A DNA stretch of 64,000 bases, from positions 43,658-107,657 of the forward strand of contig JBIKRT010000004.1 in NCBI GenBank assembly GCA_044349005.1, written 5' to 3'. Shown piece after piece: positions 56,031 to 64,000 of the stretch. The stretch's first letter is position 1. Each line of letters begins with the position of its first letter. A program made the position numbers and the translations under genes. The notes beneath the pieces are model-generated. The model was not told the DNA's origin, searched no databases, and saw only the letters and a program-made list of their open reading frames with translations. This DNA comes from Cyclobacteriaceae bacterium (GTDB lineage Bacteria; Bacteroidota; Bacteroidia; Cytophagales; Cyclobacteriaceae).

Positions 56031-57053
56031 ATGAACCGCAACCTAAAAGACGGATTAAATTTCGTTAGTAAGCTAAACGTGAAGCGCGGCTTCAATGCGT
56101 TGCAATTAGTAAGCAGTTATTATCAATCTAAAGCCTTAGGTAAACCCCATCATCGCGGAATGCCCATGAGCATTTCAATAGAACCCACTACTTCCTGTAA
56201 TTTGCGCTGCCCCGAATGCCCCAGTGGCCTTCGTTCTTTTACGCGACCAACAGGTATGCTCAAACAAGATTTGTTTACTCATCTAATCGATCAACTCGCA
56301 CCCACTCTTCCTTATTTAATTTTCTACTTTCAAGGCGAGCCTTATCTCAATACAGGTTTTTTAAACATGGTGAAGTACGCTTCCGCGAAAGGGATTTATA
56401 CTGCTACTTCAACTAACGGACATTACTTAACAGAAGAAGCCTCCAGAAAAACAATTCAATCACGCTTGGATCGGTTAATTATTTCAATTGATGGCACTAC
56501 CCAAGAAACGTATGAATCCTACCGCGTTGGGGGCAAGCTGGAGAAAGTCATTGAAGGCACAAAAAACATCGTCCGGCTCAAAAAAGAATTGAAGTCGCAA
56601 ACGCCACATGTTATCTTTCAATTTTTGGTCGTAAAGCAAAACGAACATCAAATTGATGAAGTAAAAAAACTAGCAGACGAACTTGGTGTGGATGAAGTCG
56701 CGCTCAAAACTGCACAAATTTATGATTACGAAAACGGTTCTGAGTTTATACCTTCTATTGATCAATATTCGCGATACCGCAAAAATGATAACGGCACTTA
56801 TTCAATCAAAAATAAATTGCTAGACCATTGCTGGAAAATGTGGCATAGTTGCGTGATCACCTGGGATGGCAAAGTAGTGCCATGCTGTTTTGATAAAGAT
56901 GCGCACTATGTGTTGGGTGATTTAACCAAAAATACATTTAAGGAAATTTGGGAAGGCGATAAATACAATCAATTCAGAGCGTCACTTTTGAGGTCAAGAA
57001 GCGAGATAGAAATGTGCAGAAATTGCACCGAAGGCACAAAAGTGTGGGCTTAA
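56031..57053 (+). CDS. Radical SAM / SPASM-domain protein
   Basis: CNLRCPEC radical SAM cluster motif. C-terminal Cys-rich SPASM-like region (CWKMWHSCVITWDGKVVPCCFD...CRNC). Confidence 0.85.
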   Translation: MNRNLKDGLNFVSKLNVKRGFNALQLVSSYYQSKALGKPHHRGMPMSISIEPTTSCNLRCPECPSGLRSFTRPTGMLKQDLFTHLIDQLAPTLPYLIFYFQGEPYLNTGFLNMVKYASAKGIYTATSTNGHYLTEEASRKTIQSRLDRLIISIDGTTQETYESYRVGGKLEKVIEGTKNIVRLKKELKSQTPHVIFQFLVVKQNEHQIDEVKKLADELGVDEVALKTAQIYDYENGSEFIPSIDQYSRYRKNDNGTYSIKNKLLDHCWKMWHSCVITWDGKVVPCCFDKDAHYVLGDLTKNTFKEIWEGDKYNQFRASLLRSRSEIEMCRNCTEGTKVWA

Positions 57054-57054
57054 T

Positions 57055-57225
57055 TTAGATTCCCTTTTCCTTTAGCTGCTGCTCGATTTTATCAAAATCA
57101 ACTGCACCGCACTTGGCACAGCCAGTAGAACAGCCCGTATTAGTTTCAAAGGATTTGTAAATCATTCTTACTACAAAGAACACCGCTCCCGAAAAAAGTA
57201 AAATGATAACCGCTTGCTGTATCAT
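57055..57225 (-). CDS. Small Cys-rich membrane protein (FeoB-associated Cys-rich family-like), 56 aa, below the ORF-track cut-off
   Basis: Hand translation gives MIQQAVIILLFSGAVFFVVRMIYKSFETNTGCSTGCAKCGAVDFDKIEQQLKEKGI*. One TM helix followed by a CxxxCxxC cluster. Confidence 0.45.
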   Translation of the reverse strand: MIQQAVIILLFSGAVFFVVRMIYKSFETNTGCSTGCAKCGAVDFDKIEQQLKEKGI

Positions 57226-57445
57226 GAGTCAAATTTAACTAAGTAAACCCAAAACAAACAATTATCAGAAAAGATTCAGCCGTTCGCCTGCGGACAGCTT
57301 GATACGGATGCGTACATCGGCTGGCAGCGACATATTTGTTTCCGCCCCATTTCAAGACGTTTTTTCAATGGCATCAATATTGGCTGTTAGCTTTCAACTA
57401 TTTCAATACTGATTTAATCTAACCAGTTCATAAGCCTATATTTTT

Positions 57446-59851
57446 ATGATAAAAAATTATCTGACCACGGCTTTTAGAAATCTTTGGAGATCAAAAACAA
57501 GCACGCTAATAAACCTCTCTGGGCTTACGCTTGGTGTGACCACCAGCTTGATTCTGTTCTTGTTAATTCGTCAACAATCGAGTTTTGATAACTTTCACGC
57601 CAACGGTGATCGCATTTATCGTGTGGTTTCAAGTTCGGACGGCAATCAAGAAAGGTTTTATTCAGTTGGCGTAGCTCCCGCCTTGCCCGATGCTTTTAGA
57701 AACGATTTTCCGGAAGCCGAACAAGTCGTGTTTACATCTTACCGAGGCAACGGTTCGCTCATATCAATTCCGCAATCAAAAGGTGAGTCAAAAAAATTTG
57801 AAGAGAAGAAAGGAGTGGTGTATACGCAGCCTAATTTCTTCAAAGTGTTTAATCGTAAAATTTTGATGGGCGATGTGGAGAAAGGATTAGATGAGCCTAA
57901 CGAGGCAGTGCTGTCTGCGAAATCAGCGATCAAGTATTTTGGAAAAACCGATGCCATTGGCGAAGTACTAAATTTCGAGAGCAGAGATTTTAGAGTTACC
58001 GCAATTATTGACGATGCCCCCATAAATACCGATTTGCCTTTTGATGTGATTCTTTCTTTGGCAACAATAAAAAAGGAAAGAGATGAGGTGGGGTGGAAAG
58101 GTATATGGAGTGATGAACATTGCTACTTCCTATTAAAAAAAGATGCAAGCATTAAAGAGATTGAAAGGCGACTTCCTGAATTTGTTAAAAAGTATTATGG
58201 CGAAAACAAGGACAATGTAATCTACGAAATGCAACCATTATCAGATATTCATTTTGATGAACGCTATGGAAATTACAACTACAATACCATTAGCAAGCAA
58301 ATGTTAGGTGCATTAACTGTAATTGCACTATTTCTCATTATCACAGCTTGCATCAATTTTATCAACCTAGTTACGGCAGAGTCTATCAAGCGCTCAAAGG
58401 AAGTAGGTATTCGTAAAACATTAGGTAGTTCACGCGGTCAATTGGTTGCGCAATTTTTAGGGGAGTCAAGTTTGGTAACACTTCTTGCCGTTTTCTTAGC
58501 GGTAGGAATTGCACAACTCGGCCTTAGTTTCCTTAACCCATTTTTAGAATTGAACTTATCACTCAATCTATTTCACGACAAAGGGCTCTGGATTTTTCTT
58601 GTTGGCGTTACCGCATTTGTAGGTATACTTTCAGGGCTATACCCATCGCTAGTCGTTTCTGGTTTCAAACCCGTATTTGCGATTAAGAACCAAACCAACG
58701 CTAAAAATTCTTCGGGCTATTTTCTACGCAGAGGGTTAGTGGTGTTACAATTTTTCATCTCACAATTTTTTATCATTGGAACTATCGTATTGGTTAGCCA
58801 AATGAATTATTTTAAGAATAAAGAGTTGGGTTTTAGAAAGGATGCGATCGTTACCATCCCTATCCCCGAAAATGAAGGCTCTGGCTTTAAAGGTGCATCA
58901 AGCAAAATGCGCACATTGCGAGACGAGATCATGCGACTGCAAGGAATTGAATTGGCGAGTTTGAGTAATACGCCACCGTCCTCAGGCAACGTTCAATCCA
59001 CTGATTTTTCTATGGAAGGAAAAGAGGAACGATACGGCACTCAAATCAAAATAGCAGACGCTAATTATTTAGATTTATATGATTTGAAATTAATTGCTGG
59101 TAGTAATCTGCTGGACTTAGATACCGCTCGTGGTTTTCTGGCCAATGAAAAACTTGTAGCCATGGTGGGTTACACCAATCCTAAAGATATTGTTGGAAAG
59201 AACATTAACTTTAATGGAGCAATTCTACCTATTGTGGGAGTTATAAAAGATTTTCACACCATGTCATTACACGAGCCCATTGAAGCCACACTTTTGTACA
59301 ACCGTATTCGCAGATATCAAACATTATCACTGAAAGTTAATCCTGTTGAGTTGAAGAAAACAATCCAACAAGTTCAACAAAAGTGGGAAGCTACCTATCC
59401 AAACTTCATTTTCTCCTACAAATTTTTGGATGAAGAGATCAAAGAATTTTATGATCGCGAACAAAAGATGTCTACTCTACTCGCTGTCTTCACATCCATT
59501 GCTATTTTTATAGGATGCTTGGGTTTATTTGGACTAGCTACGTTCATGGCTAATCAGAAGACAAAAGAAATAGGGGTGCGGAAAGTGCTGGGCGCATCTG
59601 TTCAAAACATCGTGTTGCTTTTCTCGAAAGAGTACGTGATACTTATCCTGATTGGCTTTGGCTTAGCTTCGCCAGTTTCTTGGTACGTTATGAACCAGTG
59701 GCTCAAAGACTTCGCCTATAAGATTACCCTGGGTCCAACAATTTTTATTGCCGGGCTTGGTGTTACATTTCTTATTGCACTGGCAACCGTTGGGTATAGA
59801 TCATTTAAGGAGGCAACAGTCAATCCGGCAAAGTCTTTAAAATCTGAATAA
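57446..59851 (+). CDS. ABC-transporter permease, FtsX/MacB-like with two 4-TM modules
   Basis: About 800 aa. N-terminal TM, MacB-like periplasmic domain, and two FtsX-type segments (…INFINLVTAESIKRSKEVGIRKTLGS… and …MANQKTKEIGVRKVLGAS…). Confidence 0.85.
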   Translation: MIKNYLTTAFRNLWRSKTSTLINLSGLTLGVTTSLILFLLIRQQSSFDNFHANGDRIYRVVSSSDGNQERFYSVGVAPALPDAFRNDFPEAEQVVFTSYRGNGSLISIPQSKGESKKFEEKKGVVYTQPNFFKVFNRKILMGDVEKGLDEPNEAVLSAKSAIKYFGKTDAIGEVLNFESRDFRVTAIIDDAPINTDLPFDVILSLATIKKERDEVGWKGIWSDEHCYFLLKKDASIKEIERRLPEFVKKYYGENKDNVIYEMQPLSDIHFDERYGNYNYNTISKQMLGALTVIALFLIITACINFINLVTAESIKRSKEVGIRKTLGSSRGQLVAQFLGESSLVTLLAVFLAVGIAQLGLSFLNPFLELNLSLNLFHDKGLWIFLVGVTAFVGILSGLYPSLVVSGFKPVFAIKNQTNAKNSSGYFLRRGLVVLQFFISQFFIIGTIVLVSQMNYFKNKELGFRKDAIVTIPIPENEGSGFKGASSKMRTLRDEIMRLQGIELASLSNTPPSSGNVQSTDFSMEGKEERYGTQIKIADANYLDLYDLKLIAGSNLLDLDTARGFLANEKLVAMVGYTNPKDIVGKNINFNGAILPIVGVIKDFHTMSLHEPIEATLLYNRIRRYQTLSLKVNPVELKKTIQQVQQKWEATYPNFIFSYKFLDEEIKEFYDREQKMSTLLAVFTSIAIFIGCLGLFGLATFMANQKTKEIGVRKVLGASVQNIVLLFSKEYVILILIGFGLASPVSWYVMNQWLKDFAYKITLGPTIFIAGLGVTFLIALATVGYRSFKEATVNPAKSLKSE

Positions 59852-59899
59852 GCAGTTTACGAAAACTAGATTAATCCTTCAAATAGAAAATGAAATCAT

Positions 59900-62278
59900 A
59901 TGTTTAAAAACTATTTCATCACAGCCATCAGAAATTTGGTGCGATCCAAAGGCAGTGCGTCCATCAATTTATTCGGCCTAACATTGGGCATCGCGTCAAG
60001 CCTTATTCTGTTTTTGATTGTAAGGCATCTTGATAACTTCGATCGGTTTCATTCCAATAGTGAAAGCATTTACCGCATTGCCACTGAATTTGACGACAAT
60101 AATTCCGGTGGCAAAGAATATCAATCAGGTATTCCTGCGGTTTTACCTGACGCCTTTAGAATTGACTTTCCAGAAACGAAAGAAGTTACCCACATACAAT
60201 ATGATAATGGAGGAGTTATTTCCATACCAAAGCAAAAGGGCGATTATAAAAAGTATGAGGAGAGACATGGAATCGCATTTATAGAACCAAGCTTTTTCAA
60301 CATTTTCGATCGAAAGGTTTTACTTGGCGATGCGGCCAAAGCATTGGATGAACCAAATGAAGCCATCATCTCAAAAAAATTAGCCCTAAAATATTTTGGT
60401 AAGGAGGATGCTGTTGGAGAGATTTTTAGGTATGAACTTAAAGACTATAAAGTAGGTGCGTTGATGGAAGACGCTCCAAACAACACCGATCTGCCCTTTG
60501 AAATAATGCTTTCTTATGTTACCATTAAAACTGAGCGCGAAAAGAATGGATGGCATAGTATATCGAGTGATGAACAATGTTACATCTTAGTAGAGGGCAA
60601 CGACAACCTTCAAAAAATCAAAAGTCGTTTGCCCGAATTTGGAAAAAAATACCTAGCCGATGATGCAGAAGATGAGCGGTTTGTTGTTCAGCCGTTTGCA
60701 GAAATCCATTATGATGATCGATTCGGCAATTACAATTACAATACGGTAAGCAAAGGAATGCTTTCCGTGTTTGGGGTTATTGCCATTTTTTTAATCATCA
60801 CTGCCTGCATCAACTTCATAAACCTATCAACTGCCGAGGCTATTAAGCGATCAAAAGAAGTGTCTATTCGCAAAACAATGGGCAGCACACGAAGCCAGTT
60901 GATTATTCAATTCTTAGGCGAGGCCTCATTGGTTTCATTTGCTGCTATGGTTCTCGGCTTAGGCGTGGCAGAAATGGGGTTGAGGTTTTTGAATCCTTTT
61001 TTGGATTTGAGCCTTCAACTAAACTTTTCTAACGATTGGGGTTTGTGGATATTCGTGATTAGTGTCTTTGTGCTTGTATCATTGCTTTCTGGTTTATACC
61101 CCTCGTTTGTTCTATCTGGTTTCGATCCCATTGCTGCCATGAAAAATAAGACAAGCAATAAAAACTCATCGGGCTTTATGTTACGCAGGGCATTGGTTGT
61201 ATTGCAATTCTGCATCTCACAATTTTTTATCATAGGCACTATTGTATTGATAAGTCAGATGAATTACTTCCGTAACAAAGAATTGGGATTCGCAAAAGAT
61301 GCGATTATTACTATTGGCTTGCCTAATACTAAAGCCGTTAAAACACTGCGCGATGAAATTAGCCGAATACCGGGTGTTGAAATGGCGAGTTTAAGCAATA
61401 CACCTCCATCATCAGGTTCCGTAAGCGGCACAGGTTTTAAAACCGAAGATGGCAAAGAATACGGCACTCAAGTAAAAACTATTGACGACAAGTACATTCC
61501 CCTCTATCAGTTAACGATGGTCGCAGGAAAAAACGTTGCCGATCGTGACTCGGTTCAGGGCTGTATTGTGAATGAAAAACTAGCGAAAATGATTGGGTAT
61601 AATAACCCAAGCGATTTGCTTGGAAAGCGCTTGGATTTTTGGAGCAAGAAGACGGAAGTAATTGGAGTGGTAAAGGACTTTCATACCGTTTCTCTCCACC
61701 AATCAATCGATGCAACTATTATGTTTAATCAGGTTAGCGGATACAGAAATTTATCGGTAAAAGTTAACCAAGCGAAATTTCAGGAAACAATAAAACAGAT
61801 TCAACAAAAGTGGGATGCTGCTTATCCTGAGTTTCTTTTTGGTTATCAGTTTATGGACGAACAGATTAAAAACTTTTATGAACGCGAAGAAAAAATGTCG
61901 ACTCTGCTAACTGTTTTTACTTCCATAGCAATATTTATAGGATGTCTTGGCTTATTTGGCTTAGCCACATTTATGGCAAACCAAAAAACGAAAGAGATTG
62001 GCGTACGTAAAGTATTAGGAGCGTCTGTTGAAAGTATTGTGTTTTCTTTTTCCAAAGAGTATGTGAAGCTAATTGTAATTGGTTTTCTCTTGGCCGCACC
62101 AGCAGCATGGTACGTAATGAATCAATGGCTTAATGGTTTTGCTTACAAGATTGAATTGGGGCCAACGATTTTTATTTCAGGCTTGAGCATTACCTTTTTT
62201 ATTGCAGTATTTACTGTGGGTTACAGGTCTTATAAAGCAGCAACCGTGAACCCCGCGCAGTCATTGAAATCAGAATGA
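59900..62278 (+). CDS. ABC-transporter permease, FtsX/MacB-like (tandem paralog)
   Basis: Colinear with the preceding gene. Long identical peptide stretches (TSIAIFIGCLGLFGLATFMANQKTKEIGVRKVLGASV), but the codons differ at many synonymous sites. Confidence 0.85.
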   Translation: MFKNYFITAIRNLVRSKGSASINLFGLTLGIASSLILFLIVRHLDNFDRFHSNSESIYRIATEFDDNNSGGKEYQSGIPAVLPDAFRIDFPETKEVTHIQYDNGGVISIPKQKGDYKKYEERHGIAFIEPSFFNIFDRKVLLGDAAKALDEPNEAIISKKLALKYFGKEDAVGEIFRYELKDYKVGALMEDAPNNTDLPFEIMLSYVTIKTEREKNGWHSISSDEQCYILVEGNDNLQKIKSRLPEFGKKYLADDAEDERFVVQPFAEIHYDDRFGNYNYNTVSKGMLSVFGVIAIFLIITACINFINLSTAEAIKRSKEVSIRKTMGSTRSQLIIQFLGEASLVSFAAMVLGLGVAEMGLRFLNPFLDLSLQLNFSNDWGLWIFVISVFVLVSLLSGLYPSFVLSGFDPIAAMKNKTSNKNSSGFMLRRALVVLQFCISQFFIIGTIVLISQMNYFRNKELGFAKDAIITIGLPNTKAVKTLRDEISRIPGVEMASLSNTPPSSGSVSGTGFKTEDGKEYGTQVKTIDDKYIPLYQLTMVAGKNVADRDSVQGCIVNEKLAKMIGYNNPSDLLGKRLDFWSKKTEVIGVVKDFHTVSLHQSIDATIMFNQVSGYRNLSVKVNQAKFQETIKQIQQKWDAAYPEFLFGYQFMDEQIKNFYEREEKMSTLLTVFTSIAIFIGCLGLFGLATFMANQKTKEIGVRKVLGASVESIVFSFSKEYVKLIVIGFLLAAPAAWYVMNQWLNGFAYKIELGPTIFISGLSITFFIAVFTVGYRSYKAATVNPAQSLKSE

Positions 62279-62308
62279 TTCCAAACAAATGAATTTTAGG
62301 AATTTGAG

Positions 62309-62316
62309 TATCTTTG
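62309..62316 (+). promoter_or_regulatory. Putative -7 promoter box (TATCTTTG) 3 nt before the DUF433 ATG
   Basis: Exact TAnnTTTG. The spacing implies a leaderless or near-leaderless transcript. Confidence 0.4.
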
Positions 62317-62319
62317 GCT

Positions 62320-62547
62320 ATGGAAGAAAATAACAACATAATTAGTGACCCTGCCATAATGCTTGGAAAGCCTACAATAAAGGGTACTAGAATCACTGTT
62401 GAACATATTTTAAACACGCTTTCCGAAGGAGCTTCCTTTGCGGAAATAACTGACATGTACCCACATATTTCTGTGTCAGATATTAAAGCGGCCCTCCAAT
62501 ATGCTTCTTCTCTTGTAGCGCACGAGGAGATATTATCAATCAAATGA
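62320..62547 (+). CDS. DUF433-family protein (putative antitoxin)
   Basis: DPAIMLGKPTIKGTRITVEHIL is the DUF433 signature. I prefer the ATG at 62320 to the TTG at 62314. 4-nt overlap with the next gene. Confidence 0.75.
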   Translation: MEENNNIISDPAIMLGKPTIKGTRITVEHILNTLSEGASFAEITDMYPHISVSDIKAALQYASSLVAHEEILSIK

Positions 62548-62894
62548 TACTTGCGGACGAGAACATAGATAGAAGTATCATTGAGGCGTTGAGAACAAAT
62601 GGATTTGAGGTTTACTCAATTAAGGAAAGCCGACCTGGTATGACTGATGAAATGATTGTAGATTTTGCTAAGGATATGCCTTGGCTCATTTTGACGAATG
62701 ACAAGGATTTCGGGAATTGGGTATTTGCTCATGGCAGAAAAAACATAAGCGTGGTTTTGCTTAGGTATAAATTCTCACAGCGACTAGAAATGATCGACAC
62801 TGTGGCAAAACTTTTTAGAGCGCATGAAAATTTTTTGCTAAAGCGATTTACTACCGTTACCGTGAATAAGATCAGAACAACTCTTCTCAATTAG
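62544..62894 (+). CDS. PIN-like (DUF5615 / Mut7-C-like) putative toxin
   Basis: MILADENIDRSII...LILTNDKDFG matches the acidic-residue pattern of DUF5615 PIN-like domains, which are paired with DUF433. Confidence 0.65.
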   Translation: MILADENIDRSIIEALRTNGFEVYSIKESRPGMTDEMIVDFAKDMPWLILTNDKDFGNWVFAHGRKNISVVLLRYKFSQRLEMIDTVAKLFRAHENFLLKRFTTVTVNKIRTTLLN

Positions 62895-62911
62895 GAGCAA
62901 CTAAAAAGCGG

Positions 62912-63703
62912 CTACCATTTTTCTTTGATTATGTCCAGCATTTCTTTGTGTACATCACACGCTGCGCATAACTCTCCCCCAAAAAGGAAGTTGCCACCTC
63001 CGTTAAAGTCGGTAACCTTACCACCTGCTTGCTGAACTAGCAATGCACCCGCGGCCACGTCCCACGCATTAAGATTGTATTCAAAAAAACCTTCCATGCG
63101 GCCGCAAGCAACGTATGCTAAGTCAATGGCAGCGCTGCCCAATCTCCGGATGCCGTGTGTTTTTTCGAGAAATAGTTTAATTATTTCCAGGTAGGCATCT
63201 CGCTTATCAAAATGGTAATAGGGAAACCCGGTGGCGAGCAAACTTTCGTTTAGGTTACGAGCCTTCGATACGTGAATTTCTTGGTTGTTGCAATAAGAAG
63301 GATTCCCTTTTGAAGTATGATACGCATCGCCACGAGTGATGTCGTGTACCACGCCAGCCACAATTTCATTGTGGTTGAGCAGGCCAATGCTGATAGAAAA
63401 AATAGGAAGACCGTGTGTGAAATTAGTTGTACCGTCTAACGGATCGATGATCCACCGATAATCATTCGTCCCATCGACAGAAGAACCTTCTTCGCCAAGA
63501 ATTCCAGACCCTGGCAAAATCTTGTTTAAAGCAGCCACAATTTTTTTTTCGGATTCCTTATCCACATAAGAAACCAAATTCGTAAATACGTCACCTTTCA
63601 ATTCAATGCGGTTCTTATCAAAGTTTTTAGATTCCGTTTGAATAAAGTATCCCACTTCGCGGCAAAGATCAACTACGTTGTTTTCGATTTCTTGTAAATT
63701 CAT
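62912..63703 (-). CDS. Inositol monophosphatase family protein
   Basis: ILGEEG...WIIDPLDGTTNF...WDVAAG motifs. Confidence 0.9.
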   Translation of the reverse strand: MNLQEIENNVVDLCREVGYFIQTESKNFDKNRIELKGDVFTNLVSYVDKESEKKIVAALNKILPGSGILGEEGSSVDGTNDYRWIIDPLDGTTNFTHGLPIFSISIGLLNHNEIVAGVVHDITRGDAYHTSKGNPSYCNNQEIHVSKARNLNESLLATGFPYYHFDKRDAYLEIIKLFLEKTHGIRRLGSAAIDLAYVACGRMEGFFEYNLNAWDVAAGALLVQQAGGKVTDFNGGGNFLFGGELCAACDVHKEMLDIIKEKW

Positions 63704-63786
63704 TCGCAGACTGGTTTATGAGTTTCGAGCCGCCAGCCACGAGAAACGCCTCGAACCTTAAAGCTCATAGCTTAAATATCCAACAA

Positions 63787-64000
63787 TTATTCCTTTTTGC
63801 CTTCAATCACAATTACAATTTCGCCCTTCACATCTTTTGCTTTAAAATGTGCCAGCACAAATGACACACTTCCCGTAACGGTTTCTTCATACACTTTGGT
63901 GAGCTCGCGCGAAACCGAAACATTTCTGTCGGGGCCGAAGAACTCCAAAATTTGCTCTAATGCCTTAACCAACCGATGGGGGGACTCATAAAGTAGGATA
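63787..64000 (-). CDS. rsmI: 16S rRNA (cytidine1402-2'-O)-methyltransferase RsmI, C-terminal part only (5' end outside the window)
   Basis: The reading frame is open to the window edge (ILLYESPHRLVKALEQI...SRELTKVYEE...GEIVIVIEG). Confidence 0.8.
   Translation of the reverse strand, partial: ILLYESPHRLVKALEQILEFFGPDRNVSVSRELTKVYEETVTGSVSFVLAHFKAKDVKGEIVIVIEGKKE

Noticed and set aside
1-64000. Search for rRNA, tRNA, tmRNA, CRISPR arrays, transposases, integrases, phage genes, retron/DGR reverse transcriptases
   Set aside because: I found no spaced direct-repeat array, no tRNA-like T-arm or acceptor patterns in the intergenic regions, and no ORF with DDE, tyrosine/serine recombinase or RT motifs. 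The four-helix-bundle (Avd-like) gene has no RT or template repeat nearby, so a DGR is not supported.

Overview
This is a 64-kb chromosomal segment of a Bacteroidota genome. The gene content looks Cytophagia/Sphingobacteriia-like: a T9SS C-terminal sorting domain, a SusC/SusD pair, BshC, L28-L33-DUF4295-FtsY synteny, TAnnTTTG -7 promoter boxes and no obvious Shine-Dalgarno sites. About 58 tightly packed protein genes are present, and most are housekeeping. They include aguB/aguA (polyamine synthesis), rimO, ftsY, ribosomal proteins L28/L33/L21/L27/L19/S16, murF, class Ia ribonucleotide reductase nrdAB, accD, class I aldolase fbaB, trmD/rimM, sucA-sucB-lpd, an inositol monophosphatase and a 5'-truncated rsmI at the right edge. 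Accessory content is as follows. There are two type II toxin-antitoxin pairs (RHH-MazF; DUF433/PIN-like). There are two two-component systems (HisKA_2 kinase + LuxR regulator; LytS-like kinase + LytTR regulator, the latter with DUF4288 and a LiaF-like membrane protein). There is an enzyme-less SusC/SusD/lipoprotein locus. There is a ~10-kb TonB-related cluster at 33.2-43.4 kb (TonB-dependent receptor with STN-like domain, DUF4249, a TonB-C-like protein and two paralogous barrel-less MG2/plug-like giants). There are also tandem FtsX/MacB-type permeases and a radical SAM/SPASM enzyme. I found no rRNA, tRNA, CRISPR array, transposase, integrase or phage gene. I do not see a clear-cut novel defence system. 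The most unusual things I can support are three. (i) A four-helix-bundle (23S-rRNA-IVS-protein family) gene sits between aguB and aguA, bracketed by inverted arrays of an 8-nt unit, one of which encodes the aguA N-terminus. (ii) The TonB/MG2-plug cluster. (iii) A lipoprotein + beta-barrel two-gene module is present twice, once inside the sucAB-lpd operon. There are also several candidate cis-elements: a LytTR-type direct repeat, a shared ribosomal-protein promoter/leader motif and short-period tandem repeats. All product calls come from motifs read in the supplied translations. No database search was possible.
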